Of a stretch of DNA of 64,000 nt, positions 42,601 through 51,438 are shown piece after piece. Where the stretch lies: positions 128,001-192,000 of the forward strand of contig CM000432.1 of assembly GCA_000165345.1 (NCBI GenBank), in the 5' to 3' direction. The position numbers and the translations under genes are program-made. A model generated the notes under the pieces. It worked only from the letters and a program-made list of their open reading frames with translations. It searched no databases and was not told the origin of the DNA. Every line of letters starts with the position of its first letter. Within the stretch, counting starts at the first letter, position 1.

Positions 42601-43893
42601 AATAACTTAAGAAATTTGAATGAAGAGGAACATGTTGATGAAAATCAATTAATATTGAAAATGGAAGCTGATATGGACTCTATTGGTAGCAACTTATCAA
42701 ACTCATTGTTCGTTTCAAGTAAAATGTTGATTGATGGTTGGCCTGAAGACTTTGAGAGAAGACTATTTGGAGAAATGGGGATAAATATTAACTCGGGACA
42801 TTTAAGATTTAAGAATGATACCAAGGAAATTAGTGGGAATGTTGAGAATTACAAACCAATTTCTGAGTTAGAGAATGATAAAAAAGGAAAATCTGATGAA
42901 GGAATTCAGAATCTATTTGATGCAGATTTGGAAACAGGAGTAGACTTTTATAATAACAATTATACTGGTAAAGAAACTTTGGGGATTGAGAATGAGATTT
43001 ATGAAGAACATTTCCCACATATTACCTTAAGCTTTAATCCTCCAATTTGTATTTTATATGCAAAATTATATTGGAAAGAAAATAAGTCTCCAGTATCTAC
43101 AATAGTATCTGTTAGATTAAGATCTAGAAATGTCTCAAAGCCCAGAATAAGAAATTTCAACCCAGTTGTTCATGAATGTTTTGGAAATCAAAAATCTGTA
43201 AATGAAAGTTATACTCAGGATAGAATTGACACAATTCAAATTATCCCTCCTGAGGAGATGGTAAACACATACCTTGGGAATCCATCGAACAGGTACCCTT
43301 ATATTTACAATTTTACCTTATCTTTTGCAGGTTCTTGTGGTGATTCAAGATTTATAGAAAGAAAAGACGAAGCTGCGCTATCATTAAAGGAAATTGAACT
43401 AATTCCATGCATTTCTAATGATTTAGTACTTTCTTACTCAGATCCTTTATCGGAAACCAATATATCTCTTGTTAATACAGAACATCTTCTAAAGAAGTCT
43501 CGGTTAAGAGAAAAATACTTGGAAATACAAAAGATTATTCTAGATAATCTTAGAAAAGATATAGAAAAGAATACTACCAACTTAAACTTAAGTAATATTT
43601 CTGTCAAATATAAGAAACCATTAAACGAAACTAATGTATACTTGGATCTTAATACAGTCTTATCAGAGGAATCAAAGTTAAGATCGTCGCATATTCCAAG
43701 CGTAAGGTTGCTAATTCAGGAAAATAGAAAGGAAATAAAATATTCAAGGAAATCTAGAAATCACAGAAGATTATTAGAGGATGATGCAGGGAAAAATTGG
43801 AGTCTTCTTTTTGCCTATGCTTTGCATTTATGGCTTAATCTAACAATAATATGGGTTTGGAACTTAATATATTTCTTAAAAAAGTTCAATTAA
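36601..43893 (+). CDS. Large (2430 aa) predicted type I membrane or secreted glycoprotein with at least one fibronectin-type-III-like domain; family unknown
   Basis: An N-terminal signal-peptide-like MVFKIIKYISTILIFIIFGAES and a C-terminal TM segment WSLLFAYALHLWLNLTIIWVWNLIYF, followed by a 5-aa tail. The FN3-like block is PNEPRDFQFIPLTINSLKLSWNTPKSHGGSEIFDYLINLSPE...YKAIVQARNKFGIGKPS. Many N-glycosylation sequons. An uninterrupted 7.3-kb ORF. Confidence 0.6.
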   Translation: MVFKIIKYISTILIFIIFGAESNIQNDIENNDLITINTHLRNEISVFELIKFENQRFIPKNVNVEFYWDKFQVNDIYKRVCYFYSPKNTTKTPKNQHENNYSYSIGGFNLFQTAFSREPNSLKEVDIRMLEISKTLLRFFDYEYDLSRPTNDSSADINIWRHIRYNKMKLSNLIIPGRGSSRLYIKTETNLAYIGNYFGYLKVKYEDEVELKAVKLSISPSPLNLFILKENQVFEESNNKVIVIDFVLRNHLVFRNLNTFFQPKLEGFNENLCKIKNILQKESQIIEIRPGGLEKIQIICSIGRLKPELIKDLLLIQINSFWSSSSRYKTTYKYSEIVRHERKFNRGLFLSEFIMDYPISSEFFNFKIVGQREYSINYLKENETGIINFYNPFKTDFLSSQYWISLDLLQISEKVLNLRYIKIIIEVDSKLSDFLYVTFDNNIREKFYELDSITEMNSLLFLKINLGFNPQTLIDQVFVTNDRESMKLKIPIKVKLFENHKDISNDTNIFERIWIFNFDLESEADEYIIKNNLLENKIRQPRLIVRDLDENISLNILKIKNSKAKDSEEVEINFLENKENNFGLISKVSVLTMKNYDIGQLTLNFKKLINRKIFEIKQNNSAINNSIEDLPYFIEIGKNKRLQLATIASCGIVELNKNEIDFGIVPVSLFGNPKLIQKIEMKLRRFEAGRKCGKKFSVGFSVSINFNLRVTWKKNLYPSSSTRIIKINKKDIKLIKEYIYDFYIEDSEVFLLIVEPDFNSPVNVEHKQSTDISTQLEVYIPATMKKYYNNELRDTSEKLNLKNEFLTRNLFFSQFVKIACIIRGLHISAGTPQIRNALHSEIMSQELVKSGKLPISLFFIEIKNEEDFPVQYSLQRDFRLENKEREINKYFTENYTFYISYEKNANNKSEELINKFEEQFNIVENKTFSELISKESELFDNLAFNFPFKSLYLMNAIIILKFGLVCIFNGEVFTYQNSFCVKLLPTEIAESVGNLKISFGHIRMNIWQVLIRFRLENSNTELLTGLKFYETGRLDWKFYNFGNFPLDLEIFEKFVPVIFSNQNLDSAFKLKETIELGKIEKIIRISAVPWLEVSSEIPRTGYLLPKENRLITILVHNQILTSTSINSKFKELKCSYDLVFKGLTDIGETLDISDDPFSRMLLENDHELRQESNGMKSLFSLDWKIPNVVNDLGYGGGFVKKITLINSPTSKIEGNHSVLEYIQFIVEIQNPIICTKKERKTYTDEDESDSFSSDENDQQIEDVYTDRTNTSEDNFCTPFNNIEVVKGFRIIWYPYNNFSPTNYKSLEILIKDVPKFDFKTSSYSFESDKQEESEENSEISRIFTNYIKETDSQDSEYAYLLKIKYDFVLNQQYTFKFAITHHDNIKNSVFIPPFGFNVTAQNHSLRWLKSLNSVENGISQSSILKNFTKRICKGNVNVFSDNSMILNWDKEFLKIINTFSISYLESDTIEQVEEEEWQVKELFFDLIDNEEHSPNNKKLLFIRNSYKTDGIAKFFSEDINNGTSLFVKIQDLPSSLRIKILVEIQDNNSEKFQCISKTFQTNDGVPNEPRDFQFIPLTINSLKLSWNTPKSHGGSEIFDYLINLSPELVASPNEFKIENISIISDKLMIISDQIYPFVSYKAIVQARNKFGIGKPSIIHHISSRGVNSCISTGTYKLVINENSTRQITWKVENQENIDLKSVLIYLYCNKRGNFKNQFLIELLKASNICNFYFGKVICTWIENKEYILDLRCDSYSFKMINKTDKFVNGDFSCIGEFGTQKLRKLKGESNNNINLDHKIKVYHINSIDELNDIKQKREKLYYPRGYNPEWDNGLTKTILKMDIMGQNTSLIEIEVNYLHETENMNEIILNGTVENVFHNKYYYDLKQVKRMKSSTSMKNWSIFEERNHLDINNHKLGQEEQIELVILNLIPEMTILISIRELNGNNEEVSISRHVLRIPNKTKKIELLNRKLLSLGILKVQLDDHFITQGEFSGKRSGNGNNLRNLNEEEHVDENQLILKMEADMDSIGSNLSNSLFVSSKMLIDGWPEDFERRLFGEMGININSGHLRFKNDTKEISGNVENYKPISELENDKKGKSDEGIQNLFDADLETGVDFYNNNYTGKETLGIENEIYEEHFPHITLSFNPPICILYAKLYWKENKSPVSTIVSVRLRSRNVSKPRIRNFNPVVHECFGNQKSVNESYTQDRIDTIQIIPPEEMVNTYLGNPSNRYPYIYNFTLSFAGSCGDSRFIERKDEAALSLKEIELIPCISNDLVLSYSDPLSETNISLVNTEHLLKKSRLREKYLEIQKIILDNLRKDIEKNTTNLNLSNISVKYKKPLNETNVYLDLNTVLSEESKLRSSHIPSVRLLIQENRKEIKYSRKSRNHRRLLEDDAGKNWSLLFAYALHLWLNLTIIWVWNLIYFLKKFN

Positions 43894-44024
43894 AATACAT
43901 TGAATTAATACTAAGCAGAACACATCTGAAAAAGGATCATTATTAGCAAATTTTTCTCATATTCATCCTTCTTTTTGATCATTCAAACTTATGAAGAACC
44001 TAGCCCGTAATAATTTAAATGTTT

Positions 44025-44037
44025 TTTGGCGGGAAAG
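44025..44037. promoter_or_regulatory. Canonical E2F site TTTTGGCGGGAAA, 110 bp upstream of the TAF1 ATG
   Basis: tgttttttggcgggaaagtggg is identical to the classical TTTSGCGC/TTTGGCGGGAAA E2F consensus. Confidence 0.5.
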
Positions 44038-44146
44038 TGGGTACTACATATTGAAATATATTACGAATCATTAAATGAAAAAAAGTAATAAAAGTCTTTT
44101 CTTCTTTAAAGGTATAGAAAGAAGGAGATTTATGTTGTGATGAATT

Positions 44147-47100
44147 ATGAAAACGAATAGTTTTCATAGTGAGGAGGGTTTTTTTGGATTTTTGGGACAG
44201 ATGAATAAGAGTTTTGTGGGAGAGTTATGCTTGGAAGAATTAACAGAATCTGAAGAATCAGAAATTGAAGACACTGAAGTAATCAAAAATGAGGATGTAT
44301 TGAAACTAAGAGAATTAGAGACATTAAGAAGCATTCCTGTTTCAATTAAGCTTCCAAGTGATATTAATAATGATGGCTCGGAGGATGAATTGCTCTGTAA
44401 GAAGGAGAATAAAGCAAGGACAGAAGTAGCTCCAGGTTCCAATATTAAGGTAAATAGAGGTAGAGGAGGAAGTTCGAATTTGAATGGAATTAGTTTGGAA
44501 ACAATTGATACTGATGTGGAAAATGACTCAATTAAAGTAGAAATTTCTGAAAAGTTGTTAGAGCCAATGAGTAGAATTAGATCTGGTAATACTCAAGAAG
44601 GAGGTATATTTTGGGGGGAAAAAGATGAAAAGGATGAAAATTATGAAGATATGGGTTCAATTGATTCTGGATATTCGATTTTCGGGATTACTAGGCCCTT
44701 TACTAGTAATCTTTTAAAGGTAACTATGGAGGATGGAGATAGCGACAACGACTCTGAGGACGAATTGGAATACTTTCAAATGTCAGACAGTGAGAAGTTA
44801 ATGTTTAAGGTTAGATCTAAAATCAAGGGCGATCATTTTTTGGATGAGATATCCAACAAGATTTCAATATTTCCTTCGGATGAAAATAGTGCTCAAGGCG
44901 AATCTACTGAATTCTTTATACACATTGATACAAAGGATCCTGGTTTTTCAAAAAATTTAGGAGGAATATCTAAGGAGCTTAAGGAAAAGCTGGGATTAGA
45001 TAATTCATCAAAGAGTAATCTTGGAGTGGATTTGTTAGGAATTACGGACTCAATCACAAGAAATCAAGAAGTTAACACTATTGGATTAGGCGGAAAGGAA
45101 CAAGATCATAGTAAGGGAGAAGCTCAGCAGTCCTCCTCAGGAGGAGGTAGTGGCAATAATTGTAATACTGGTGGTAGCAGTAGCAGCAAACCTTTGAGCA
45201 AGGCACAACAAGAACGTCAAAGACGACAGAAAATGAAGAAAATAGATAAGCAAAAGCGTTTAGAGCTTGCAATTTTGGGAATGAATCCTTTAGATTACGA
45301 AGGTGGTATTAGAAATCCCGACAAAGTACTTGATGAAAATCAGGATTTGGTTGATATGAAGGATGGAGAGGATGGAAAAGTAGGAGAAAGCTCGGTTGGA
45401 GGTTCTTCATCTTATAATAGTGGAATAGCTGCCTTGGCTTCGTCCATATTAATGTCCAATATGCCTCAGAAGGATCGTATTTTTGGTTTAAAGCTTCGGG
45501 AAATGTCTTTGGATGATTCGTGTCTGTTTTCCATTCGTCAGTTTCTTCACTTGGTTCCGAGACTGTTTGATGGAAAATCATATGATGAGATTGATAATCT
45601 TTTTGAGGAGATACGGACTTCTATCGCTTCTTCTGGATCAAAGAATGAGAAACAAAGATCAAAACAAACATTTAAAAGTAGGAATGAATGGCAAAATCTA
45701 TTGATAAAGTGGCTTACTTATGTTGTTAAGTTCTCAGAAAGAAATGGAATTTCAATGTATGAATCTTGGGCAGAGAGTAATCGTCAATATCATGAAAGCA
45801 GAGTCTTACTAAATAGTTTGGGAAGTGGTTATGGTGAAGACGGGGGAGCTAATGGAGGAGATCAAATTGGAGGTGGAAATTCCTTACCTCCAATATCCTC
45901 TCTCCACACTCCCTTGGCATGGTCTTTTTATTTAGTTAGTGGAAATATGCTTCCAATCGATGGAGTTAGATTCCACAAATCAGATTTCAGAATGGGAATT
46001 TTTGAATCATTTTCATCAAAAACCAACCTAATTTATACATATTCGTCCAATTGGTTCGCCTCTCTAGTGAATTCTAAGAGTGTGAGATCTGAGTCAGGGT
46101 TTGAACCTTTTGGTCCTTGGTTGGTTACCCCTTTATTTCTTGGAGCTAAAGGGGGAGGAGGATCACAAGGACATTCTTCGACTCCTCAGCTTCTTCACAG
46201 ATATTTCCAAAGACAAAGAGAGTTCAAGGACATTCCTTCCAGCATCAATTCATCTATTTGTTTTGTTTCACCAGATGATTTATCTTTAATTCACCAGACT
46301 CCTGTTGCACTTTTTGAATATTTGGAGCAGTATCCACTTTTGCTAAATAATTTAGGAATGGCTGCTAGAATTCATAGATATGTAAGATGCGAGGATGATT
46401 CAAATCGAAAACAGATTGAAGATTTACTTTCAGAGTGTGGTCCTTTGGGATTTGTTCAAAAGGTTCAGGAAGATGCTAAAACCAGCGGATCCTCAACTTC
46501 ATCTCAATCTGGGACTTTCCCAAAGTTCTTTGGAGTGAACTATCCACTTGAAGAAAATGAGTCAATGGCAGTTTTAGAAACTGGTCTATTTAAAGCTCCA
46601 ATATACCATCATCCCAGAAGGCAAAGAAATCTCCAGGTTGGAGAAAATACTAATATGGAGGATGGAGGAGAGGCTTCCTTTATCAAAGATGATGAGGATG
46701 AGGAGGAGCGAGACAGAAGTGGGAAGGGGAAGTTTTCTGCATACTTTTTGTTGATAAGAAAGCAGATTCAACAAGGATCTTCAAAATGTGGGCTTTATTT
46801 AAGGCCTTTGTCTGGAGATTGTTTAACTTGTTTATATTCCGTTGGACAGGAAGAACCTCTGGTTGAAGTACCTTGTGTGGATAGTAAAAGCTTTTCCAAT
46901 CTAAGAAGGGATCAGTTGAAAGCTCTGGTGTTAAGGTATGCGAAGGAAAATGGGAAAGATACATTTAATGAGGTGAGAAAATTGAGTCAAAAAATGTTTA
47001 GAAATACTTTTGACCAAAATACTCTACAGAAGATTTTAATGTCTTGCAAGGAAACCAAGGAAAGTAGTGGAAGTGATTCCATTTCTGGAATAGGAGTTGG

Positions 47101-50044
47101 AGGATCCTCTGGAGCAGGAGGGCCTTCTTTGAGTTCTAACGGTAGCCATTCGAGTTTGCTTGGAGGAATTGGGGGAGGAGTTGTAGTAGGAACTGGGATT
47201 GGAGGCAGTAGCAGCCAATCAAGCATTCAGGTAGGAGGTGGAGGAGGATCAGGAGGTGGAGGAGTTCTGATCAAACAACTTAATGAATCGGAGCTGAGAC
47301 AAATAATTAATCCAGAATCTCTCTGTGCCTTAGATAGCTCTGTTTCAGGGGATATGAGACTTAAACAAATTGGAGTAAGGTCTTTAAGACACTTCTCGAA
47401 GATTCCTATTGTAGTAAGCGAGCTGGATCAGATGGAGGAGATTGCAAAACAGTATGCAGAACAAGCTAGAAAGAAGACTAACAGTCTGATAGAGAAAGCT
47501 AAAGAGACGGAAACCTGGAGTAAAGACTCTTCTATGGGTAAATCTTGTAAGTACTCATCCCTACTGAGCTTAATCAATGAGGTAAGTACTGGATTAATAA
47601 ACTCAAATGGAAGAAGGCTTACTCCTGTTGCTCGGTATATTGAAGAGTCACTTTTACTTTCTCCTTGGAACATTACACAAGAATATGGACAAGTAATGAG
47701 ACATCAGAATGGCCAATTTAGTATTGCAGGTATCGGAGATCCAAGTGGAGGAAGAGGAGAAGGTGTAAACTTTATAAGGAGAGGACTCATAGATTCTGCA
47801 ATAGAGTCTAGAAGTCAGAAAGCCTTGGCGGGGAAGAGTGAGGACCTTAGAAAGCTTTCAATGGATCAACTTAGACAAAGGCTTCTTCAATGTGGATTTG
47901 ATGATGTAGCAATTATTCCTCTCCCTAGATGGGATAGAGTAGCATTGGTTAGACATTTTGATACCAGCGGAGGAAATTCCAATGGGAAATCTGGAAGTGG
48001 GTCATCCTCAAACAGTATGCTTCAAAACAAAGCTTTATCTTCTGAGGAGTATCAAAGAGCTATAGTCAATGTATTAGTTAATCAAAAGAATGCTTTAAGT
48101 CCAGATGATCCAATAATGACCGATGATGAGGAGGAGGAAGAGGAGAGAAGAGGAGATGGCAGAGACGACGAATTAAGAGTAGAGGATGAAGGAGAAGTTG
48201 AAATGGAACTGGATATTTTATCTGAAAACACACCCAATAAGAGCGAGACTGAAGGTTCTAGAGGAGAGTTAAAACCTTCACAGGATGTTGATATGCTTGA
48301 ATCAATGTTGATTGACAGCTCCAATTCAAGATCGGATCTAGTAGTTTCACAAGACTCAAGTCCGAACCGAGATTTAGATGACTCAGGATCTGATCTGGAT
48401 GAAGATCTTGATCTTGAAGAATCCTTTATTTCCTCACTAGTTAAGTCTAATGACAATAACAACGAAAGTAACGAAAGAATTTCTGGGAAATATGAAGGAG
48501 ACAATGGTAACTATGATAATAGTAATTTAACAAGTGGAGATTATTCTAATAGTAAAGTTAAACATATGAAACAAAGCAAACTTTATGATCAGTTATACGG
48601 GAATTCAAACGATGATACTGGTAGAGATGAAGAGGATGAAAAAGACTTGGAAGAGTTTAGAAGAATGATTTCTAAGAGTACTCCTCAGGATGGTATAGAT
48701 CAAGAACTTGATGGAAGTGGAATGGATTGGAGGAATCAAAACTCACAAGAGGATTCTTCCTCTTCAAGTCAGGAATATGTTCCTAGAATAGCTTGGATAC
48801 GTGTTAGACGTAATATGAATACTTGGCAATATGAAGATGAAAAAGTTGTTTATATATATGGGGAAGAGAATATTAGATACTTCCTTTACTGGAGAAGGAT
48901 GAGAATGCAACTTAAAAGAGAGGAAAGACGTCAACTGAATCCCACAGGAGTTCCAGGAGTTTTGGGAAGAGCTAGCAGAACTTGTAGAAGATGTGGACAA
49001 GTTGGACACATTGCTTCAAATCCAATGTGTCCTTATTATGAGGGTAACAAGAGTAGTTCAGGAACAAGTAGGTATCAAAATGCAATTTCTCAGTCTAGAA
49101 AGAAGAATATGTTATTGCCAAAAGGCCTTGAGATTGGAGGAGGTATAGCTTCATGTAAATTGTCAGCTTCTGAAGAAGAAAGCACAATTGCAAATCTTTT
49201 GGGGATGGGGTACTCTCAAACAAATAATTGTGATATTAAACAGTTAGTAACTTTGGACAACGTGGTTCAGTCTGTAAGAGTTGGAAAACGAGGAAGGCCA
49301 CCTTCAAATCCTACATCTAACTCAAGGGGAGATACAGGATTGAGTAGTTCATCAATTGGGAATACCCAACTGAGTTCATCAAGTTTAGGAAACTTTGAAG
49401 ATTCTACTGAGACTCAAACAAATACACAAGCTGGTGTAGGAACGGGATCTTCAGTTCAATTCTCAAGGCTTTCTGCAAGACAAAGAAGAAAGATGATGGA
49501 TAATGATGATAAGAGCTCAGTTGTAAGCTTTACCAGTACTGCTTTAAATGGTGGCTCCCAGACATGTAACTTTAATAATGCTCTAAATCCTTCAAACGGA
49601 GGAGCTGGCTTACATATTTCAAATAACTTGGATGGATCCCATAACGTAATTAATGCAGGACCTAATATTACCTCCTACACTGAAGCTTTAGATGAATTTT
49701 GTATTGAACTTCAAAGAATTATTAATAGTACAAAAACTCTTCATCACTATTCACATGTATTTTGGAATAGGGTTAGTGAAAGAATTGCACCAAATTATTA
49801 TAATTTAGTTAAAAGGCCAATGTGGCTTCAATTAATGATAAATAAATGCAAAAAAAGGGAATACAAATCTAGAAAAGATTTCCAAGATGACTTGGACTTA
49901 ATAGTTGAGAACTGCAAGATTTATAATGGGGTAAATCATCCTCTTGTATCTGTTGCAACCTTAATACATTCAAATGTTGTAAAAAAGATTGATGAGATTC
50001 AAGGAATTGAAAAGATTGAAGCTTATTTATCACTAAAACCCTAG
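44147..50044 (+). CDS. TAF1: TFIID subunit TAF1 (central DUF3591-type core, zinc knuckle, one C-terminal bromodomain)
   Basis: LSPWNITQEYGQVMRHQNGQFSIAGIGDPSGGRGEGVNF...DLRKLSMDQLRQRLLQCGFDDVAIIPLPRWDRVALVRHF parallels the human TAF1 core (NGLLQLSGTVDPTGCGEGFSY...[39 protein letters not shown]). The zinc knuckle RTCRRCGQVGHIASNPMCPYY parallels [21 protein letters not shown]. The C-terminal bromodomain is ...YYNLVKRPMWLQLMINKC...FQDDLDLIVENCKIYNG. Confidence 0.75.
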   Translation: MKTNSFHSEEGFFGFLGQMNKSFVGELCLEELTESEESEIEDTEVIKNEDVLKLRELETLRSIPVSIKLPSDINNDGSEDELLCKKENKARTEVAPGSNIKVNRGRGGSSNLNGISLETIDTDVENDSIKVEISEKLLEPMSRIRSGNTQEGGIFWGEKDEKDENYEDMGSIDSGYSIFGITRPFTSNLLKVTMEDGDSDNDSEDELEYFQMSDSEKLMFKVRSKIKGDHFLDEISNKISIFPSDENSAQGESTEFFIHIDTKDPGFSKNLGGISKELKEKLGLDNSSKSNLGVDLLGITDSITRNQEVNTIGLGGKEQDHSKGEAQQSSSGGGSGNNCNTGGSSSSKPLSKAQQERQRRQKMKKIDKQKRLELAILGMNPLDYEGGIRNPDKVLDENQDLVDMKDGEDGKVGESSVGGSSSYNSGIAALASSILMSNMPQKDRIFGLKLREMSLDDSCLFSIRQFLHLVPRLFDGKSYDEIDNLFEEIRTSIASSGSKNEKQRSKQTFKSRNEWQNLLIKWLTYVVKFSERNGISMYESWAESNRQYHESRVLLNSLGSGYGEDGGANGGDQIGGGNSLPPISSLHTPLAWSFYLVSGNMLPIDGVRFHKSDFRMGIFESFSSKTNLIYTYSSNWFASLVNSKSVRSESGFEPFGPWLVTPLFLGAKGGGGSQGHSSTPQLLHRYFQRQREFKDIPSSINSSICFVSPDDLSLIHQTPVALFEYLEQYPLLLNNLGMAARIHRYVRCEDDSNRKQIEDLLSECGPLGFVQKVQEDAKTSGSSTSSQSGTFPKFFGVNYPLEENESMAVLETGLFKAPIYHHPRRQRNLQVGENTNMEDGGEASFIKDDEDEEERDRSGKGKFSAYFLLIRKQIQQGSSKCGLYLRPLSGDCLTCLYSVGQEEPLVEVPCVDSKSFSNLRRDQLKALVLRYAKENGKDTFNEVRKLSQKMFRNTFDQNTLQKILMSCKETKESSGSDSISGIGVGGSSGAGGPSLSSNGSHSSLLGGIGGGVVVGTGIGGSSSQSSIQVGGGGGSGGGGVLIKQLNESELRQIINPESLCALDSSVSGDMRLKQIGVRSLRHFSKIPIVVSELDQMEEIAKQYAEQARKKTNSLIEKAKETETWSKDSSMGKSCKYSSLLSLINEVSTGLINSNGRRLTPVARYIEESLLLSPWNITQEYGQVMRHQNGQFSIAGIGDPSGGRGEGVNFIRRGLIDSAIESRSQKALAGKSEDLRKLSMDQLRQRLLQCGFDDVAIIPLPRWDRVALVRHFDTSGGNSNGKSGSGSSSNSMLQNKALSSEEYQRAIVNVLVNQKNALSPDDPIMTDDEEEEEERRGDGRDDELRVEDEGEVEMELDILSENTPNKSETEGSRGELKPSQDVDMLESMLIDSSNSRSDLVVSQDSSPNRDLDDSGSDLDEDLDLEESFISSLVKSNDNNNESNERISGKYEGDNGNYDNSNLTSGDYSNSKVKHMKQSKLYDQLYGNSNDDTGRDEEDEKDLEEFRRMISKSTPQDGIDQELDGSGMDWRNQNSQEDSSSSSQEYVPRIAWIRVRRNMNTWQYEDEKVVYIYGEENIRYFLYWRRMRMQLKREERRQLNPTGVPGVLGRASRTCRRCGQVGHIASNPMCPYYEGNKSSSGTSRYQNAISQSRKKNMLLPKGLEIGGGIASCKLSASEEESTIANLLGMGYSQTNNCDIKQLVTLDNVVQSVRVGKRGRPPSNPTSNSRGDTGLSSSSIGNTQLSSSSLGNFEDSTETQTNTQAGVGTGSSVQFSRLSARQRRKMMDNDDKSSVVSFTSTALNGGSQTCNFNNALNPSNGGAGLHISNNLDGSHNVINAGPNITSYTEALDEFCIELQRIINSTKTLHHYSHVFWNRVSERIAPNYYNLVKRPMWLQLMINKCKKREYKSRKDFQDDLDLIVENCKIYNGVNHPLVSVATLIHSNVVKKIDEIQGIEKIEAYLSLKP

Positions 50045-50486
50045 TCAGGTTTATCTGGCTATTAATTATTTATTAATTAGTTTTATTATATATTAAGGTA
50101 TTAATTCATTATTTATGAAAATAGAAAGAAAAATTGGCTTATGCATGCAAATATTATTAATTATTTTTTCCAGGGTTAAGATATTTCAACCTGCAAGGTA
50201 AAATTGATTTTTAAGGTAATCCGACAGGAAGCAATTCTATGAAAATTTGTAAGAAAAATCTAAATAAGACAGAAATTCTATAGTTTCTAGTAGTAAAAAT
50301 ATAAATTGATTATTTATTAATCTATTTTGATTTAATAAAGTAAGCAAGTAATTATTTTTTTTATTAAAGCCACAAGTACCTAAATATAAATGCTATAATT
50401 GAGTTACCTTTAAAGCTTAAGTAATAGACTTTAGGAATGATTTCTTTACTTATTTTTTTTATTTGAATTGTTCTATTTGATCTTTT

Positions 50487-51029
50487 TTACAATAAATCAG
50501 CTTCTTCTCTCAAGTATTCACCCACATCAGTTTGATGATAAACCGCAATAGTTTCTGGATCAGCATTCTTCATGTCAGCAGAACTCTTTGCTAAGACACC
50601 AAATCCCAATGGTAGCTCATCCATTGAATATACTACAACTCCAACGTTATTACTTAGACCATCAGTCATTCTACTAATATGCCTTTTGATTACATGATTT
50701 CCATAAATATAGCTCTGTTCACCTCCTGGTTTTACCCATACCTTATTTGGAGTCAGTCTTGCTATATACTGTAAAGAAGTTATTCCTAATCTGAATTTAT
50801 TATTCTTAGAAAATTTGCCTAAGCATGTTCCCATACTTAATAAACTTTTTTTTGGAACAATACTTGCTGCTTTTGCTAAAGTTTCACTCATATAGAATAC
50901 ATTTCCCTTATGTAATCTAAAAACATAACTTTCATCTTCCCTCTCTAATAATGACAACAAGTTATTGCCCAAATAATTACTTAGCTTTTCAAACAATATC
51001 TTTGTTTCTTCTTCTGTTAATGGTCTCAT
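50487..51029 (-). CDS. NIP7: 60S ribosomal subunit biogenesis protein NIP7 (PUA domain)
   Basis: MRPLTEEETKILFEKLSNYLG...FRLHKGNVFYMSE...GTCLGKFSKNNKFRLGITSLQYIA...KVWVKPGGEQSYIYGNHV...GVVVYSMDELPLGFGVLAKS is collinear with NIP7 along its full length. The ORF track opens at a GTG at 51035; the first ATG is 51029. Confidence 0.85.
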   Translation of the reverse strand: MRPLTEEETKILFEKLSNYLGNNLLSLLEREDESYVFRLHKGNVFYMSETLAKAASIVPKKSLLSMGTCLGKFSKNNKFRLGITSLQYIARLTPNKVWVKPGGEQSYIYGNHVIKRHISRMTDGLSNNVGVVVYSMDELPLGFGVLAKSSADMKNADPETIAVYHQTDVGEYLREEADLL

Positions 51030-51250
51030 TTTCACCTTTTATTATATTATTATTATTATTCCTTTAGTGCAATTAACTCTTAATATTTACTTGCTTCAGT
51101 CCTTCTCTAAATGATCTACTTACTTCCTTGTATAAAAATCCAGATTTTTCTTTAAACAAAGAGGATGAATTTCTCAAATTCAAATTATCCCTGTTTTCTT
51201 TAACTTGGACCATATATAATTTTAGTCTCGTAAAAAATGACATTCGGCAA

Positions 51251-51275
51251 TGGCGCCATAACGAACGGGCGCGCC
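51251..51275. promoter_or_regulatory. Paired E2F-like sites TGGCGCCAT and GGGCGCGCC, ~220 bp upstream of the NIP7 ATG (minus strand)
   Basis: cggcaatggcgccataacgaacgggcgcgcctttatggccgg. Confidence 0.5.
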
Positions 51276-51438
51276 TTTATGGCCGGTATAGCATGTATTT
51301 TTATAATGGCAAATGTTAATCATTTTGACTTTTTAATGTTAGTAAATCACAAATTTTTTTTAACTAATTAGAGAATTATTATTATTACTGTTATTCTTAT
51401 TATTATTATTAGTTTTTCTCCATCAATACTCTCTATAG

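Noticed and set aside
51241-51290. GC-rich palindromic segment ggcgccat...gggcgcgcc considered as a possible small RNA or tRNA fragment
   Set aside because: It is too short and lacks cloverleaf pairing. It matches the E2F-like motif class seen at eight other promoters, so it is scored as a regulatory site instead.
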